Shown: one piece after another, positions 8,995 to 18,147 of the stretch
Numbering within the stretch: the stretch's first letter is position 1
Layout: every line of letters begins with the position of its first letter
Assembly (NCBI GenBank): GCA_052034685.1
Contig: JBPOIH010000002.1
Location: forward strand, 7,738-71,737
Reading direction: 5' to 3'
Origin: Patescibacteria group bacterium
GTDB lineage: Bacteria; Patescibacteriota; Saccharimonadia; Saccharimonadales; CAYUUR01
Length of the DNA stretch: 64,000 bases
Notes under the pieces: generated by a model
Database searches by the model: none
Seen by the model: the letters and a program-made list of their open reading frames with translations, nothing else
What the model was told of the DNA's origin: nothing
Made by a program: the position numbers and the translations under genes

Positions 8995-9375
8995 ATGGTG
9001 CCAAAAAACAAAACCATCTTACTTATCGAAGACGACGAAGCCATACGCGAAATGTATCGGCTCAAATTTGAGCATTTGGGCGTAGCTATTACAACAGCAG
9101 AGGACGGTAAAGAAGCGCTAAAAATTGCCCTAAAGATCAAGCCGTCTATACTCCTGCTCGACATCAAGATCCCTACTATTGGCGGCGAAGAAGTGCTTGA
9201 AGAACTCCAAAAACACGCTTGGGCCAAAGACATGAAGGTCATCATCCTTAGCAACATCAACGAAAAAGAGGCCCCGGCCAAACTCCGTGAGCTCCACTAC
9301 GACCGTTATATGGTCAAAGCACACTTTACGCCAGCAAAGGTAGTAGCCGCAGTAGCTGAAGTTATTGCCGAGTAG
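8995..9375 (+). CDS. Stand-alone response-regulator receiver domain protein (RR2)
   Basis: ILLIEDDEAIREMY...ILLLDIKIP...ILSN...KA. Confidence 0.9.
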   Translation: MVPKNKTILLIEDDEAIREMYRLKFEHLGVAITTAEDGKEALKIALKIKPSILLLDIKIPTIGGEEVLEELQKHAWAKDMKVIILSNINEKEAPAKLRELHYDRYMVKAHFTPAKVVAAVAEVIAE

Positions 9376-9487
9376 TTTATTGCCAAGCCGCCAACAGCGT
9401 GCTAGAGTGTACCATCATGCATATACATAAGCGTACAACCAAGACCAAGGTATCGTCCTAGCTGGTTCAGCGCGTCACTAAATACGA

Positions 9488-9513
9488 CCCCCGCTCATCC
9501 AGCGGGGGTTTTT
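9488..9513 (+). terminator. Rho-independent terminator
   Basis: cccccgc-tcatcca-gcggggg followed by ttttt. Confidence 0.65.
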
Positions 9514-9580
9514 GTTGTCTGCACAGAAGCCTCACTTAGGACCAAACCAAGACATATATCACCTAAATTGAGACCTAATC

Positions 9581-9976
9581 ATGAGACCGTTTATTACACA
9601 ATCAGAGCTACTGCCCAGCCAGGACAGAGAAACCCTCGCAACGCACGAGCTAGTAGAAGCCGCAGGGCGCCCACTTATGGTGTTCCGTCAGAACGGCTGG
9701 GATAGCTACTATAACGAATGTCAGGTAGAACCCAGGCGCGTCCTACTCACCACCAGTGTTCAGCTGGTGGCAATCCCCGATGCTGGGCATCTACATATAG
9801 AACCGTGCTTTAGAGGCACATACATTACCCTCAGCGGCATACACGTTCCGTCTGGTGACGAGTACGTTTTTGGCATGCGGCCAGAACTTGGCTTTTCGTT
9901 TGAGCCAGTTCATATTGATGCAGTGACAGCCTGGCGAGAAATAGACAACACTATCGCTCTTGAAACGAGTGAGTAG
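9581..9976 (+). CDS. Hypothetical protein (131 aa)
   Basis: ORF only. Confidence 0.4.
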   Translation: MRPFITQSELLPSQDRETLATHELVEAAGRPLMVFRQNGWDSYYNECQVEPRRVLLTTSVQLVAIPDAGHLHIEPCFRGTYITLSGIHVPSGDEYVFGMRPELGFSFEPVHIDAVTAWREIDNTIALETSE

Positions 9977-9989
9977 AGAACACTCCAAC

Positions 9990-10289
9990 CTAGTCTGGCT
10001 GGACTGATCTACTCCTCAGGTAGCCTATGCAAACTCCCAGCCCGAGTGCAATAGTAATGTAATACGCCAAGCCAGCGCGAAGTTCTATGGACACTTTGTA
10101 ACCGTCTGTGACTGGTACCTTGGCAAGTTCAAGTAATTGTAATGGCCCGATTGCTACAATTTCATTCCCCGATGCGCTGGCCTGCGTCGAGCCCAAAACT
10201 GTCAATGCAAAGAAAATCAATGCAGCGAACAGTAGTGCCCCGATAATGCTGGTTGTGAGCGCTTTATATTGTTTTGATCTATCTAACAT
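9990..10289 (-). CDS. Small two-TM membrane protein, last gene of the peptide/ABC operon (immunity-like position)
   Basis: Two hydrophobic helices. Its start overlaps the upstream permease gene end (10279-10289). Confidence 0.5.
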   Translation of the reverse strand: MLDRSKQYKALTTSIIGALLFAALIFFALTVLGSTQASASGNEIVAIGPLQLLELAKVPVTDGYKVSIELRAGLAYYITIALGLGVCIGYLRSRSVQPD

Positions 10290-11616
10290 ATCCGTAACTC
10301 CTTTGTCGTTTTAATTCTATCAACCATACAACACCCTCAAACATGACTGCTAGCAACACAAAGCCCAGTACCTGCCCAGGTAGGGGAAAATATTTTCCCA
10401 TGACAAGGAGGCAGACGTACAACAAGCAGCCTCCGGCAATTACCGATAACAGTTGTCCGCCCGTATTATCTGGCGTGGAGGCAAATAGGCTGCCAGACAA
10501 AATGCCAATCGCCACAGCGAGCGATTGGAGTGCAATATAGGTAAAAATCATCCATAGCGGATCCCTGAGCGTAGCAAGCACAACAAAGAGGAGCGGTAAG
10601 CCCAGCAGTACGCTGAGTAACCTCAGCGATTGCAACTGCACCCGTACTAGGCTTCCCACTCCACTAAGATGTGCTTCTAACGATTTATACTTTCTAAAGG
10701 TGATGCGCGCATCGCAAAACACTGCCATAGTCATAAACGCAATCAGGTGCAAACAGTCTTCTACTGATATAGTTGCTGGGTTTTTTCTCATAAACAAAGC
10801 AGCTATACATAAGACAATGAGACTAAACACGAACGACGTCTGAGACTTTTTGTTGCGCAAGAACTTGATAGCGAACCAGAAATGCACGATGCAAAACTGT
10901 GGCCAACGCAGCCATACAGCCGGTAATCGGGCTCGGTACATGTACCGTTGCAAAAAAACAGCCGACAGAACTGCAATTAAAAGACAAACACCACACAGTA
11001 GGTACACATAGTTGAGCATGGCTATGTTAGATTGCGTAATGAATACCTTGTTTATTATGCGCCCCATACCGTATACCACTAGCCCAAAACTCGCGAACTT
11101 TAGGAAGAAGTAGCGCGTATAGGTAGCCGTTACTAAAGCCAGGCAACTAAAACAACCGAGTGCCAAAGTCAGCATAGTAAACACACTTGAAACTGAGTTA
11201 ACACCAGCAATGTAAAGCGCTGCAGGCATGAGGAAAATATAGCCAACAACGGCGAGTAGAAGCGCAGAGATATTGTGAAGTAAGTACCTTTTAGGTCGAG
11301 ATACTGGCAGCAGTGCGAGTACTTTAAGTGAGTTATTGTTTCGCAGTTCCACCATGCCGCTTGCACCAAAGGAAAATAAGACCAATCCAGTAACCAGGAA
11401 GCCGAAGATTGTAATCATCGCTAGTACAAGACCCTGCGGTAGATCGCCACTAATCCCCATTGTCCGTATAAACTCACGTGCACAAAACCCAAGTACGCCC
11501 GCAGCAATACAGCTAAATCCAAGCTTATAGGCGGCCGCCTGAGCTGGAGATGAGGCGTTTGCACCAAAGGTACTAATGATTACCGTTCGTAGAAGCATGC
11601 TAATCTTCCAGCCCAT
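10279..11616 (-). CDS. Polytopic permease (445 aa, about 10-12 TM), partner of the ABC ATPase
   Basis: Highly hydrophobic throughout. It overlaps the ATPase gene by 17 nt. Confidence 0.65.
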   Translation of the reverse strand: MGWKISMLLRTVIISTFGANASSPAQAAAYKLGFSCIAAGVLGFCAREFIRTMGISGDLPQGLVLAMITIFGFLVTGLVLFSFGASGMVELRNNNSLKVLALLPVSRPKRYLLHNISALLLAVVGYIFLMPAALYIAGVNSVSSVFTMLTLALGCFSCLALVTATYTRYFFLKFASFGLVVYGMGRIINKVFITQSNIAMLNYVYLLCGVCLLIAVLSAVFLQRYMYRARLPAVWLRWPQFCIVHFWFAIKFLRNKKSQTSFVFSLIVLCIAALFMRKNPATISVEDCLHLIAFMTMAVFCDARITFRKYKSLEAHLSGVGSLVRVQLQSLRLLSVLLGLPLLFVVLATLRDPLWMIFTYIALQSLAVAIGILSGSLFASTPDNTGGQLLSVIAGGCLLYVCLLVMGKYFPLPGQVLGFVLLAVMFEGVVWLIELKRQRSYGYVR

Positions 11617-12328
11617 ATACTTGTTTGAATTTGTTTTCTAAACTCCCATGATCAGCTAGAACATTCGCTGTGTCGTCAGCGTAGACTAACCTTCCAGCAT
11701 GTATCATCAATGTCTGGTCAGAAAATCTTTCTGCCCACCATAGATCATGCGTAGATGCCAGCACGCTACCCTGATTGTTTACAAAATCCTTCATAAGACG
11801 TTCCACTTGAATGATTGCCACTGGGTCAAGTCCATTGCGGAGCTCATCAACAATCAAAACTTTTGGTTGATGTGCCAGTGCAGCGATAATTTGCAGTTTC
11901 TTCTTATTTCCATGACTAAGGGACCCGATCTGTAAGCGCCGATTCTTAAAATCTAATTGGTCGCAAAGTTGATTAATGCGTTTGTCAACCCCACGGCCGT
12001 AGATGTCAGAGAGCAAAACAAAAAACTCATCAGCGCAAAGTTCTGGTATTACCCAGTTATCATCGTCAGGGATAAACCCCATAATCGAATTGATACGTTT
12101 TTGGGTTTTAAAGGACGATTCTATGCCGCAGATCCTAACGCGCCCACTATACGCCGATATTAATCCCACCACTGCTTCAATAAGCGTTGTTTTACCGCTG
12201 CCGTTCGCACCGACAAGGCAAGTTACCTTGCCCTTTTGTAGCCGCACATTATCGACTTGTAGGGTGAAGTTCTTGCTCCGGTTAATAGTGAGGTTCTCGA
12301 TCACTAAAACATTACTACTTTGTCTCAT
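11600..12328 (-). CDS. ABC transporter ATP-binding protein (ABC-2/DrrA-like)
   Basis: Walker A GANGSGKTT, signature LSHGNKKKL and Walker B LIVDE. Confidence 0.9.
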   Translation of the reverse strand: MRQSSNVLVIENLTINRSKNFTLQVDNVRLQKGKVTCLVGANGSGKTTLIEAVVGLISAYSGRVRICGIESSFKTQKRINSIMGFIPDDDNWVIPELCADEFFVLLSDIYGRGVDKRINQLCDQLDFKNRRLQIGSLSHGNKKKLQIIAALAHQPKVLIVDELRNGLDPVAIIQVERLMKDFVNNQGSVLASTHDLWWAERFSDQTLMIHAGRLVYADDTANVLADHGSLENKFKQVYGLED

Positions 12329-13170
12329 GATGCTTTGCTCCTGTTAGAAACGAGCTTCATAAGTTGCTTCCCGTCACCATAGAACGGCAGCCAGCTCGAG
12401 AAATGAAACGCCATACACACATACCCCACCAATAGCGCCTCAGAACCGACTACCAAGCCTACGCCAAGCGCTATGCCGTAGCATAGGAGCGCGCCTCCGA
12501 GTGGACCCAATAAAGAAGATAGCAGCTCGTTGCGCGGACTTAGTGGCTTGTGTAGAATGCCGATTCTCAAACCACGCCGTATAAGTACTCGATGCGTCTG
12601 AGAATTTGCAAAGAAACTGTGAATGTACTCATGTAAAGAAAGAGAAGCTATGACGGTAACATTAAACTGTACGTACAGCATAATAATCTTGTTCGCATTA
12701 AATAATCCAGTACCGTACATGAGAAAACTTACAAAAAGTGACGCCAAAACAACCGGGAGTGACGCCAGGATTACCATCTGCAGAATGCCGTCAAAATCCG
12801 CACTACCCCGCGACGACCGTCCTCTGGTTGGCAGCCGATACAGAATAACTCGCAGACGGTACTCATATCTTTTAAGATCGAGTATCTTGCCTCGACGAAT
12901 TGACAAGCCAGCAATAGTGTCAAGAAAAGATATTATCTCATCAAGCTCTTCGCCTTTTATTTTGAGATCATTTGCCTTTCTCAACCAGGCATCACCTTGT
13001 GCTCCATTGCTCAGCAAGGTAATCAGTTCTGCTGCTCGAGATTCCATAATGTGATGTCTTCCTGTGGCATCATCTGCGAGCACCTTGCCCTTGATACGCA
13101 AACCAGCAGAGAGCGACAATACGTCACTCTCTGCAAATGCACCCGTACTGGCGAGTAAACAGCTGTCCAT
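12325..13170 (-). CDS. Membrane HExxH metalloprotease-like protein with an N-terminal PqqD/RRE-like domain
   Basis: HEYIH lies in a hydrophobic segment, followed by further TM helices. The N-terminal ~100 aa (VLADDATGRHHIMESRAAELITLLSNG...EELDEIISFLDTIAGLSI) fits the PqqD-like pattern. Confidence 0.55.
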   Translation of the reverse strand: MDSCLLASTGAFAESDVLSLSAGLRIKGKVLADDATGRHHIMESRAAELITLLSNGAQGDAWLRKANDLKIKGEELDEIISFLDTIAGLSIRRGKILDLKRYEYRLRVILYRLPTRGRSSRGSADFDGILQMVILASLPVVLASLFVSFLMYGTGLFNANKIIMLYVQFNVTVIASLSLHEYIHSFFANSQTHRVLIRRGLRIGILHKPLSPRNELLSSLLGPLGGALLCYGIALGVGLVVGSEALLVGYVCMAFHFSSWLPFYGDGKQLMKLVSNRSKAS

Positions 13171-13171
13171 A

Positions 13172-13369
13172 TTAGCGACAGTAAATTGTTACTCTTCCGC
13201 GAAGCCACTCGGTTGATACTTTTCGTACTCCTCGCCAACCACATAAAATGGTTGCTGCGGCTACGACACCACCAAGCGCTATACAAAACGCTAAAGCTGC
13301 GACAATTACCGCAGCCTCTTTGACTTCATAGTCGGCCAATTGGTCGGCTACAATCATTTGTTTTGTCAT
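13172..13369 (-). CDS. 65-aa hydrophobic, Cys-containing peptide (candidate precursor/bacteriocin-like peptide)
   Basis: A strong SD (AGGAGG) lies 11 nt upstream of the ATG. The stop is 1 nt before the next gene's ATG. Sequence: MTKQMIVADQLADYEVKE-AAVIVAALAFCIALGGVVAAATILCGW-RGVRKVSTEWLRGRVTIYCR. Confidence 0.6.
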   Translation of the reverse strand: MTKQMIVADQLADYEVKEAAVIVAALAFCIALGGVVAAATILCGWRGVRKVSTEWLRGRVTIYCR

Positions 13370-13407
13370 GTTATTAGCACCCTCCTATTTAGTTAATAAC
13401 ACGCTCA

Positions 13408-13436
13408 TATTTACCGCCGTTTTTTACACGCGTCAA
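13408..13436 (-). promoter_or_regulatory. Putative promoter of the peptide/ABC operon
   Basis: On the minus strand: TTGACG-17 nt-TAAATA, upstream of the SD. Confidence 0.3.
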
Positions 13437-13631
13437 GGGCTAATTTTTCTTGCTTTTCATCTCTGTTATGCTACGCTAACATTGTTCGAAGCTGTGCCAA
13501 AATTCTGAACTAACATACTGCCCACACAATGCTCTCTGTTGCAAGTAAAATTTGGCTCAAAATTTGCTCTTTTCCCATAGTATTTACATTAACGATGTAG
13601 AAAATACTTGGTGCGATGATTTAAAAACAAA

Positions 13632-13660
13632 TTGAGTTAGTTGCAAACATCACCTACAAT
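13632..13660 (+). promoter_or_regulatory. Putative promoter of RR3 (leaderless layout)
   Basis: TTGAGT-17 nt-TACAAT, then 6 nt to ATG 13667, with no SD. Confidence 0.4.
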
Positions 13661-13666
13661 TAGTGC

Positions 13667-14038
13667 ATGTCAGTCAAAATCGCCATTATTGAAGACGATC
13701 AAGCGATTTCTCAAATGTACCGTATTAAGTTTGAGGCGGAAGGTTATAGTGTGGAAACCGCCGAAAACGGCAAGCTCGGGCTAGAACTCTGTGAAAAGAT
13801 GCGCCCAGAGATCATACTGCTCGACCTGATGATGCCAGAAATGACCGGAGACGTCATGCTCGACAAACTCCGTAAAACCACCTGGGGCAAAAGCATCAAG
13901 GTTGTTATCCTTACCAACATGGGCGAACAAGAAATTCCTGAAAGCGTCAAAAAGCTTGGTGTTTCTGCGGTAATCCTCAAGGCCGATATGACGCCGCGCC
14001 AGGTTGCAGAACTCGTCAAAAAACAACTCGGAAACTAA
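13667..14038 (+). CDS. Stand-alone response-regulator receiver domain protein (RR3)
   Basis: IAIIEDDQAISQMY...IILLDLMMP...ILTN...KA. Confidence 0.9.
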   Translation: MSVKIAIIEDDQAISQMYRIKFEAEGYSVETAENGKLGLELCEKMRPEIILLDLMMPEMTGDVMLDKLRKTTWGKSIKVVILTNMGEQEIPESVKKLGVSAVILKADMTPRQVAELVKKQLGN

Positions 14039-14042
14039 CAAC

Positions 14043-15374
14043 ATGAAGATTGCTATCCTTGGCTTTGCTAGTCAGGGCCGTGCCGCCTACGAATATTGGA
14101 AGAGCCCTGATAACCAGATAACCATCTGTGATTCACGCGATTCAATTGATATACCTGATGATACGACGCCACAACTTGGGGCAGATTATCTGCAAGGTCT
14201 AGACCAGTTTGATCTGATTGTGCGGGGAGCACCAATTATCCACCCACGCGACATAATTGCAGCAAACTCACCGGAGATTGTAGCCAAGGTCACGTCTGCA
14301 ACCAATGAGTTCTTCCGCGTGTGCCCAAGCAAAAATATCATCGGCGTGACCGGTACCAAGGGCAAAGGTACGACATCTACACTGATTGCCCGCTTGCTAG
14401 AAGCTGCTGGCAAAAAGGTGCATTTGGGCGGCAACATCGGCATACCGCCGCTTGATATGCTGAAGGGCAACATCCAGCCAGAAGATTGGGTCGTGCTAGA
14501 ACTAGCCAACTACCAACTGATTGACCTTAAATACTCCCCCGCAACTGCAGTCTGCTTGATGGTTGTGCCTGAACACCTTGATTGGCATACTGACATGGAA
14601 GAATACGTAGAGTCAAAACAACAGCTATTTAAGTATCAGACGCACGAAGACCGCGCAATTTATAACCGCAATAACCAGTATTCGCAAGATGTCGTCAGCG
14701 TATCTATGGCAGCCAAGCAATCATATGAAGTGCCAGGGCCGGGAGCAGAACCAACCGAACGCAGAGGCGCATATGTAATGGATGACCTCGTATACATGGA
14801 CAATGTGGCAGTTTGTCACACCGGTGACGTCAAGCTACTTGGCCGGCATAACCTCGAAAACGTTTGTGCTGCTCTGGCAACAACCTGGGAGCTTATCAAC
14901 CAAGACGCAAGTTTATTTAAACAAGTGGTGAGCGAATTCAGCGGGTTAGAGCATCGTTTAGAGCTCGTCCGTGAACTAGACGGCGTCAAGTACTACGACG
15001 ATTCTTTTGGGACAACACCAGAGACCGCAACGGTGGCAATCCAGGCTTTTGAGCAACCCAAAGTTATAATTCTAGGTGGATCAGACAAAGGCGCAACCTA
15101 TGATGAACTGGCCCACGCCGTGGCATCAAACAATGTTAAGCATGTAGTACTCATCGGCAAAACTGGGCCAGCAATCAAGGCAGCATTACAAACAGCTGGC
15201 TTTGATGACATCAGTGACGGCGGCGAATCCATGCCAGAGATTGTAGCAACAGCACAACGCCTCGCTGAACCCGGAGATATTGTGTTGTTATCTACGGCTT
15301 GTGCAAGTTTTGATATGTTTGAAAACTATCAGGACCGAGGCGAACAGTTCAAGCGCGCGGCTCAATCTCTGTAA
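14043..15374 (+). CDS. murD: UDP-N-acetylmuramoylalanine--D-glutamate ligase
   Basis: MKIAILGFASQG... and GVTGTKGKGTTS show Mur ligase architecture. ATG 14043 is preferred over the track's start at 14004. Confidence 0.9.
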   Translation: MKIAILGFASQGRAAYEYWKSPDNQITICDSRDSIDIPDDTTPQLGADYLQGLDQFDLIVRGAPIIHPRDIIAANSPEIVAKVTSATNEFFRVCPSKNIIGVTGTKGKGTTSTLIARLLEAAGKKVHLGGNIGIPPLDMLKGNIQPEDWVVLELANYQLIDLKYSPATAVCLMVVPEHLDWHTDMEEYVESKQQLFKYQTHEDRAIYNRNNQYSQDVVSVSMAAKQSYEVPGPGAEPTERRGAYVMDDLVYMDNVAVCHTGDVKLLGRHNLENVCAALATTWELINQDASLFKQVVSEFSGLEHRLELVRELDGVKYYDDSFGTTPETATVAIQAFEQPKVIILGGSDKGATYDELAHAVASNNVKHVVLIGKTGPAIKAALQTAGFDDISDGGESMPEIVATAQRLAEPGDIVLLSTACASFDMFENYQDRGEQFKRAAQSL

Positions 15375-16035
15375 GTAAACGTTCTACCTGACGCACTACA
15401 GCTGCTTCTGGTTGGACTACAATTGCCTTGTTGCCTACTGCTGCTTTTATCTCTTCTTCTATCCAGTGGTAATGTGTGCAGCCAAGCACGATAACATCAG
15501 CACCTGCCTGCAGGGCTGATTCCAAACCTGTGTCAATGTGTTGTCTGTTAATGAGGTTGTTTTCTATCAGATAGGACCAGTTACTGCAATCAGGCTCAAT
15601 AACAGTGATACCCTCTGCGTACTCTTGTTTGAGCCAAGCATACCGCGGACTAGCCAGCGTTGTTGGTGTGGCGCAGACTGCAATCACTTTGGTCTTTGTC
15701 GATGCAACGGCCGGCTTGACCATTGGCTCTACCGCAACAAGCGGGACAGGAATAATGGTTCTGAGCTCTTCAATCAGCGTCGTGCTAACAGTGTTGCAGG
15801 CAACCACAATGACGTCACAGCCATCAGCAGCCAAGCTTTGTAGTATTGGCACAACAAAGCCTTTTATCTCTTCTGGGGTACGCGTTGCATACGGCACGTG
15901 TTCGACGTCATTACGGAACAGGACCTGATGTTCGGGCAAAGCTGCTTCAATCGCGTTGGCAACTGACTTGCCGCCAACCCCAGAATCAAACACACCTATC
16001 TTAGACATTTGCATACCGCCATAACTCTGAGTCAT
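15349..16035 (-). CDS. murI: Glutamate racemase
   Basis: VFDSGVGG, ACNT and GCTHY motifs. The true start is possibly ATG 16008. Confidence 0.85.
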   Translation of the reverse strand: MTQSYGGMQMSKIGVFDSGVGGKSVANAIEAALPEHQVLFRNDVEHVPYATRTPEEIKGFVVPILQSLAADGCDVIVVACNTVSTTLIEELRTIIPVPLVAVEPMVKPAVASTKTKVIAVCATPTTLASPRYAWLKQEYAEGITVIEPDCSNWSYLIENNLINRQHIDTGLESALQAGADVIVLGCTHYHWIEEEIKAAVGNKAIVVQPEAAVVRQVERLLTEIEPRA

Positions 16036-16609
16036 CCGGTAGCATATTGGGGATGGATAATACTTCTAGTGTATGCAAACGCAACCGAGACGCGTCTGAT
16101 TGTAGTAAGGCCGGGTCACCACGATGCGCAATACTGAAGAAATCAATATCTTTACCAGTCATCTCTTCCATTGCCAGCATACCGTTCAGCGAAGTGAACT
16201 TAGTGCTGAAATCGTCAACCATAACAATACGCTGTGCCGCGGCAAGCGCACGCCTATCATTTGCGCGCAGTGGAGAAAAGCGCTTGATGCCGCGCAGCGC
16301 GTCTTCTTTACGAAAGTATAATACGGGTATGCGGTACGTGGGAGCCAGCTCATCACTCAGTCCTTCAGCAAACCGCGTGCCACCATTAGGAATACCACAG
16401 ATGTAGTCAACGTCAGACAGATCGGGAACTTCTTCAATAACTTGCGCTTTCATACGGCGCACCGTCCGCATAAAGAACGGACTTCCTTGCACAATTCGGT
16501 CGGCTTCTAGTTTGTTATTTGCCGCTTCGCCACTGGCAAATGGCTCGTCTGTCACAGGATCACGACGCTCAAGACACGTTACGAGCAGTTCCTCGCGAAA
16601 ACTAAGCAT
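16001..16609 (-). CDS. Type I phosphoribosyltransferase family protein (PyrE-like)
   Basis: ICGIPNGG and the PRPP-binding-like IVMVDDFSTKFTS. Confidence 0.55.
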   Translation of the reverse strand: MLSFREELLVTCLERRDPVTDEPFASGEAANNKLEADRIVQGSPFFMRTVRRMKAQVIEEVPDLSDVDYICGIPNGGTRFAEGLSDELAPTYRIPVLYFRKEDALRGIKRFSPLRANDRRALAAAQRIVMVDDFSTKFTSLNGMLAMEEMTGKDIDFFSIAHRGDPALLQSDASRLRLHTLEVLSIPNMLPDDSELWRYANV

Positions 16610-17420
16610 TGTCCACCACGGCGCGTGCGGCGCGAATTACGTTATCAAAAAGTGCTGTTACGGTGAGCGGTCCAACACCGCCCTTTTCTGGCGTAATCTT
16701 GATGTTAGGCATATCCCGAACAGACGGGGCAACATCCCCTATCAGTCCGTTCTTGTCAGTTGCCACACCGGCATCAACAACCACCGCATCATCCTTAACC
16801 ATATCCGTAGTAATTAAGCCAGGGACACCAGTGGCACTGACAATAACATCGGCCTCGCGCAGTTTTTCTGGCAAATCAGGCGTTTGTTTGTCGGCCACTA
16901 ATACATCGTAATCAGAATGTGACCATAGCTTGGCGAGTGGACGGCCAACCAGGCGGCCATGCCCCACAATCACAATCTTCTTGCCAGCAGATAGCTCAAC
17001 ATTATAACCAGCAAGCAACCAGCTAATCGCTATAGGCGTAGGCGCATCATAGATAGCTTCACTGCTCAGACCGTCAACATCTTTTTCTGCAGCGACAGCG
17101 TTGAGAATATCATCTGTCTGCGTGGGGTCTGGGAGTGGAATCTGCACAATAATGCCATGCACTGATTCATCTTCATTCAGTTGCTTGATACGGTCAAGTG
17201 CTTCAGCTTGGTCGATGGTGTGCACATCTACCGCCACGCCAATCTCTTCGCCATAGTTTTGTTTGAGCTGCATGTAGCGATCAACAATTGGGTCCGGGTT
17301 GGTCCTTATGATTGCGAGCTTGGGCTGCAACTGGTCTGCTTGCACCAAGGCACGCACCTGTTTTGCTTGGCGCTCTTTGATGTATTCGGCCAGATCTTTG
17401 CCATTTAACAACTTTGTCAT
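16602..17420 (-). CDS. folD: Bifunctional methylenetetrahydrofolate dehydrogenase/cyclohydrolase
   Basis: LNGKDLAEYIK..., VQIPLP and VIVGHGRLVGRPLA. Confidence 0.9.
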   Translation of the reverse strand: MTKLLNGKDLAEYIKERQAKQVRALVQADQLQPKLAIIRTNPDPIVDRYMQLKQNYGEEIGVAVDVHTIDQAEALDRIKQLNEDESVHGIIVQIPLPDPTQTDDILNAVAAEKDVDGLSSEAIYDAPTPIAISWLLAGYNVELSAGKKIVIVGHGRLVGRPLAKLWSHSDYDVLVADKQTPDLPEKLREADVIVSATGVPGLITTDMVKDDAVVVDAGVATDKNGLIGDVAPSVRDMPNIKITPEKGGVGPLTVTALFDNVIRAARAVVDNA

Positions 17421-17446
17421 GCAATGAATTCTACCATAACAACAGA

Positions 17447-17472
17447 GAAGAGCCGAACTTAGTCGGCTCTTC
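17447..17472. terminator. Strong hairpin between two minus-strand genes
   Basis: gaagagccga-acttag-tcggctcttc, a 10-bp stem with T-rich flanks. Confidence 0.5.
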
Positions 17473-17495
17473 TTTTGCTGTTTGCTTTGCGCTAT

Positions 17496-17990
17496 TTAGG
17501 CAGCTACAGGTGCTTTTGGTTTTGCAGAACCACCTGGCTTGCCACCAGGGCCTACGTACTTTGCGTCACCAAAGGCGAAGTATAGAACTCCAACAATTGG
17601 TACGAAGAACAGCAATGCGTAGATTGGCTCTTTACCAAAGGACTTAGCTAGTTCAATACAGATAATAATCGTAACCGCGAGACTGGCAAGATAACCAACA
17701 AATGGAACCCAAGAGATGAGCCATACAAGTGACCACCAACCTGGCTTACCAGCGATTTCACAGAGAACCCAGTAGTTATAGAAAGGAATCAAGACCTTCC
17801 AGCCTTCGACACCGGCCTTTTCAAAAATCTTCCAACCAGCAACAACACTGACCACGAGAATGACGAGGTAAAAAATCAGGAAGAATCCGCTAAAAATAGC
17901 CAATCCTGCAAGACCTGCCTTATCGTCTGCCGTTAATGTTGTGTTGTCATACGTATATGTCGTATACGTCTGAGCAAGTAAATTGAGCAT
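17496..17990 (-). CDS. DUF5684-like small membrane protein
   Basis: GWKIFEKAG..GWKVLIPFYNYWVLCEIAGKPGWW. Confidence 0.6.
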   Translation of the reverse strand: MLNLLAQTYTTYTYDNTTLTADDKAGLAGLAIFSGFFLIFYLVILVVSVVAGWKIFEKAGVEGWKVLIPFYNYWVLCEIAGKPGWWSLVWLISWVPFVGYLASLAVTIIICIELAKSFGKEPIYALLFFVPIVGVLYFAFGDAKYVGPGGKPGGSAKPKAPVAA

Positions 17991-18129
17991 AATACCCCTC
18001 CAGTTATTTATATAGCTTCAGTATAGCCTACTGTTGTTAAGAATGGAATATGTGCATAACCTCTTGTCAATAACAGAGGTATATGCTATGATTTGACGGT
18101 TATTTTCGTCCGTGACACCTAAGGTAACC

Positions 18130-18147
18130 GGGCCAGTGGCTCAGCTG
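18130..18147 (+). other. Orphan 18-nt copy of the tRNA-Lys 5' end (17/18 identical)
   Basis: gggccagtGgctcagctg against tRNA gggccagtAgctcagctg. It does not continue into a foldable tRNA. Confidence 0.6.

Noticed and set aside
9429-9473. A 14-codon mini-ORF (MHIHKRTTKTKVSS) between RR2 and the terminator at 9488
   Set aside because: It has no SD and no recognisable family (not L34/L36-like on inspection). It could be a leader peptide or part of a 3' UTR, but the evidence is insufficient.
14004-14042. The track's murD start at 14004
   Set aside because: It would overlap the RR3 coding end by 35 nt. The conserved MurD N-terminus (MKIAILG) begins at ATG 14043.
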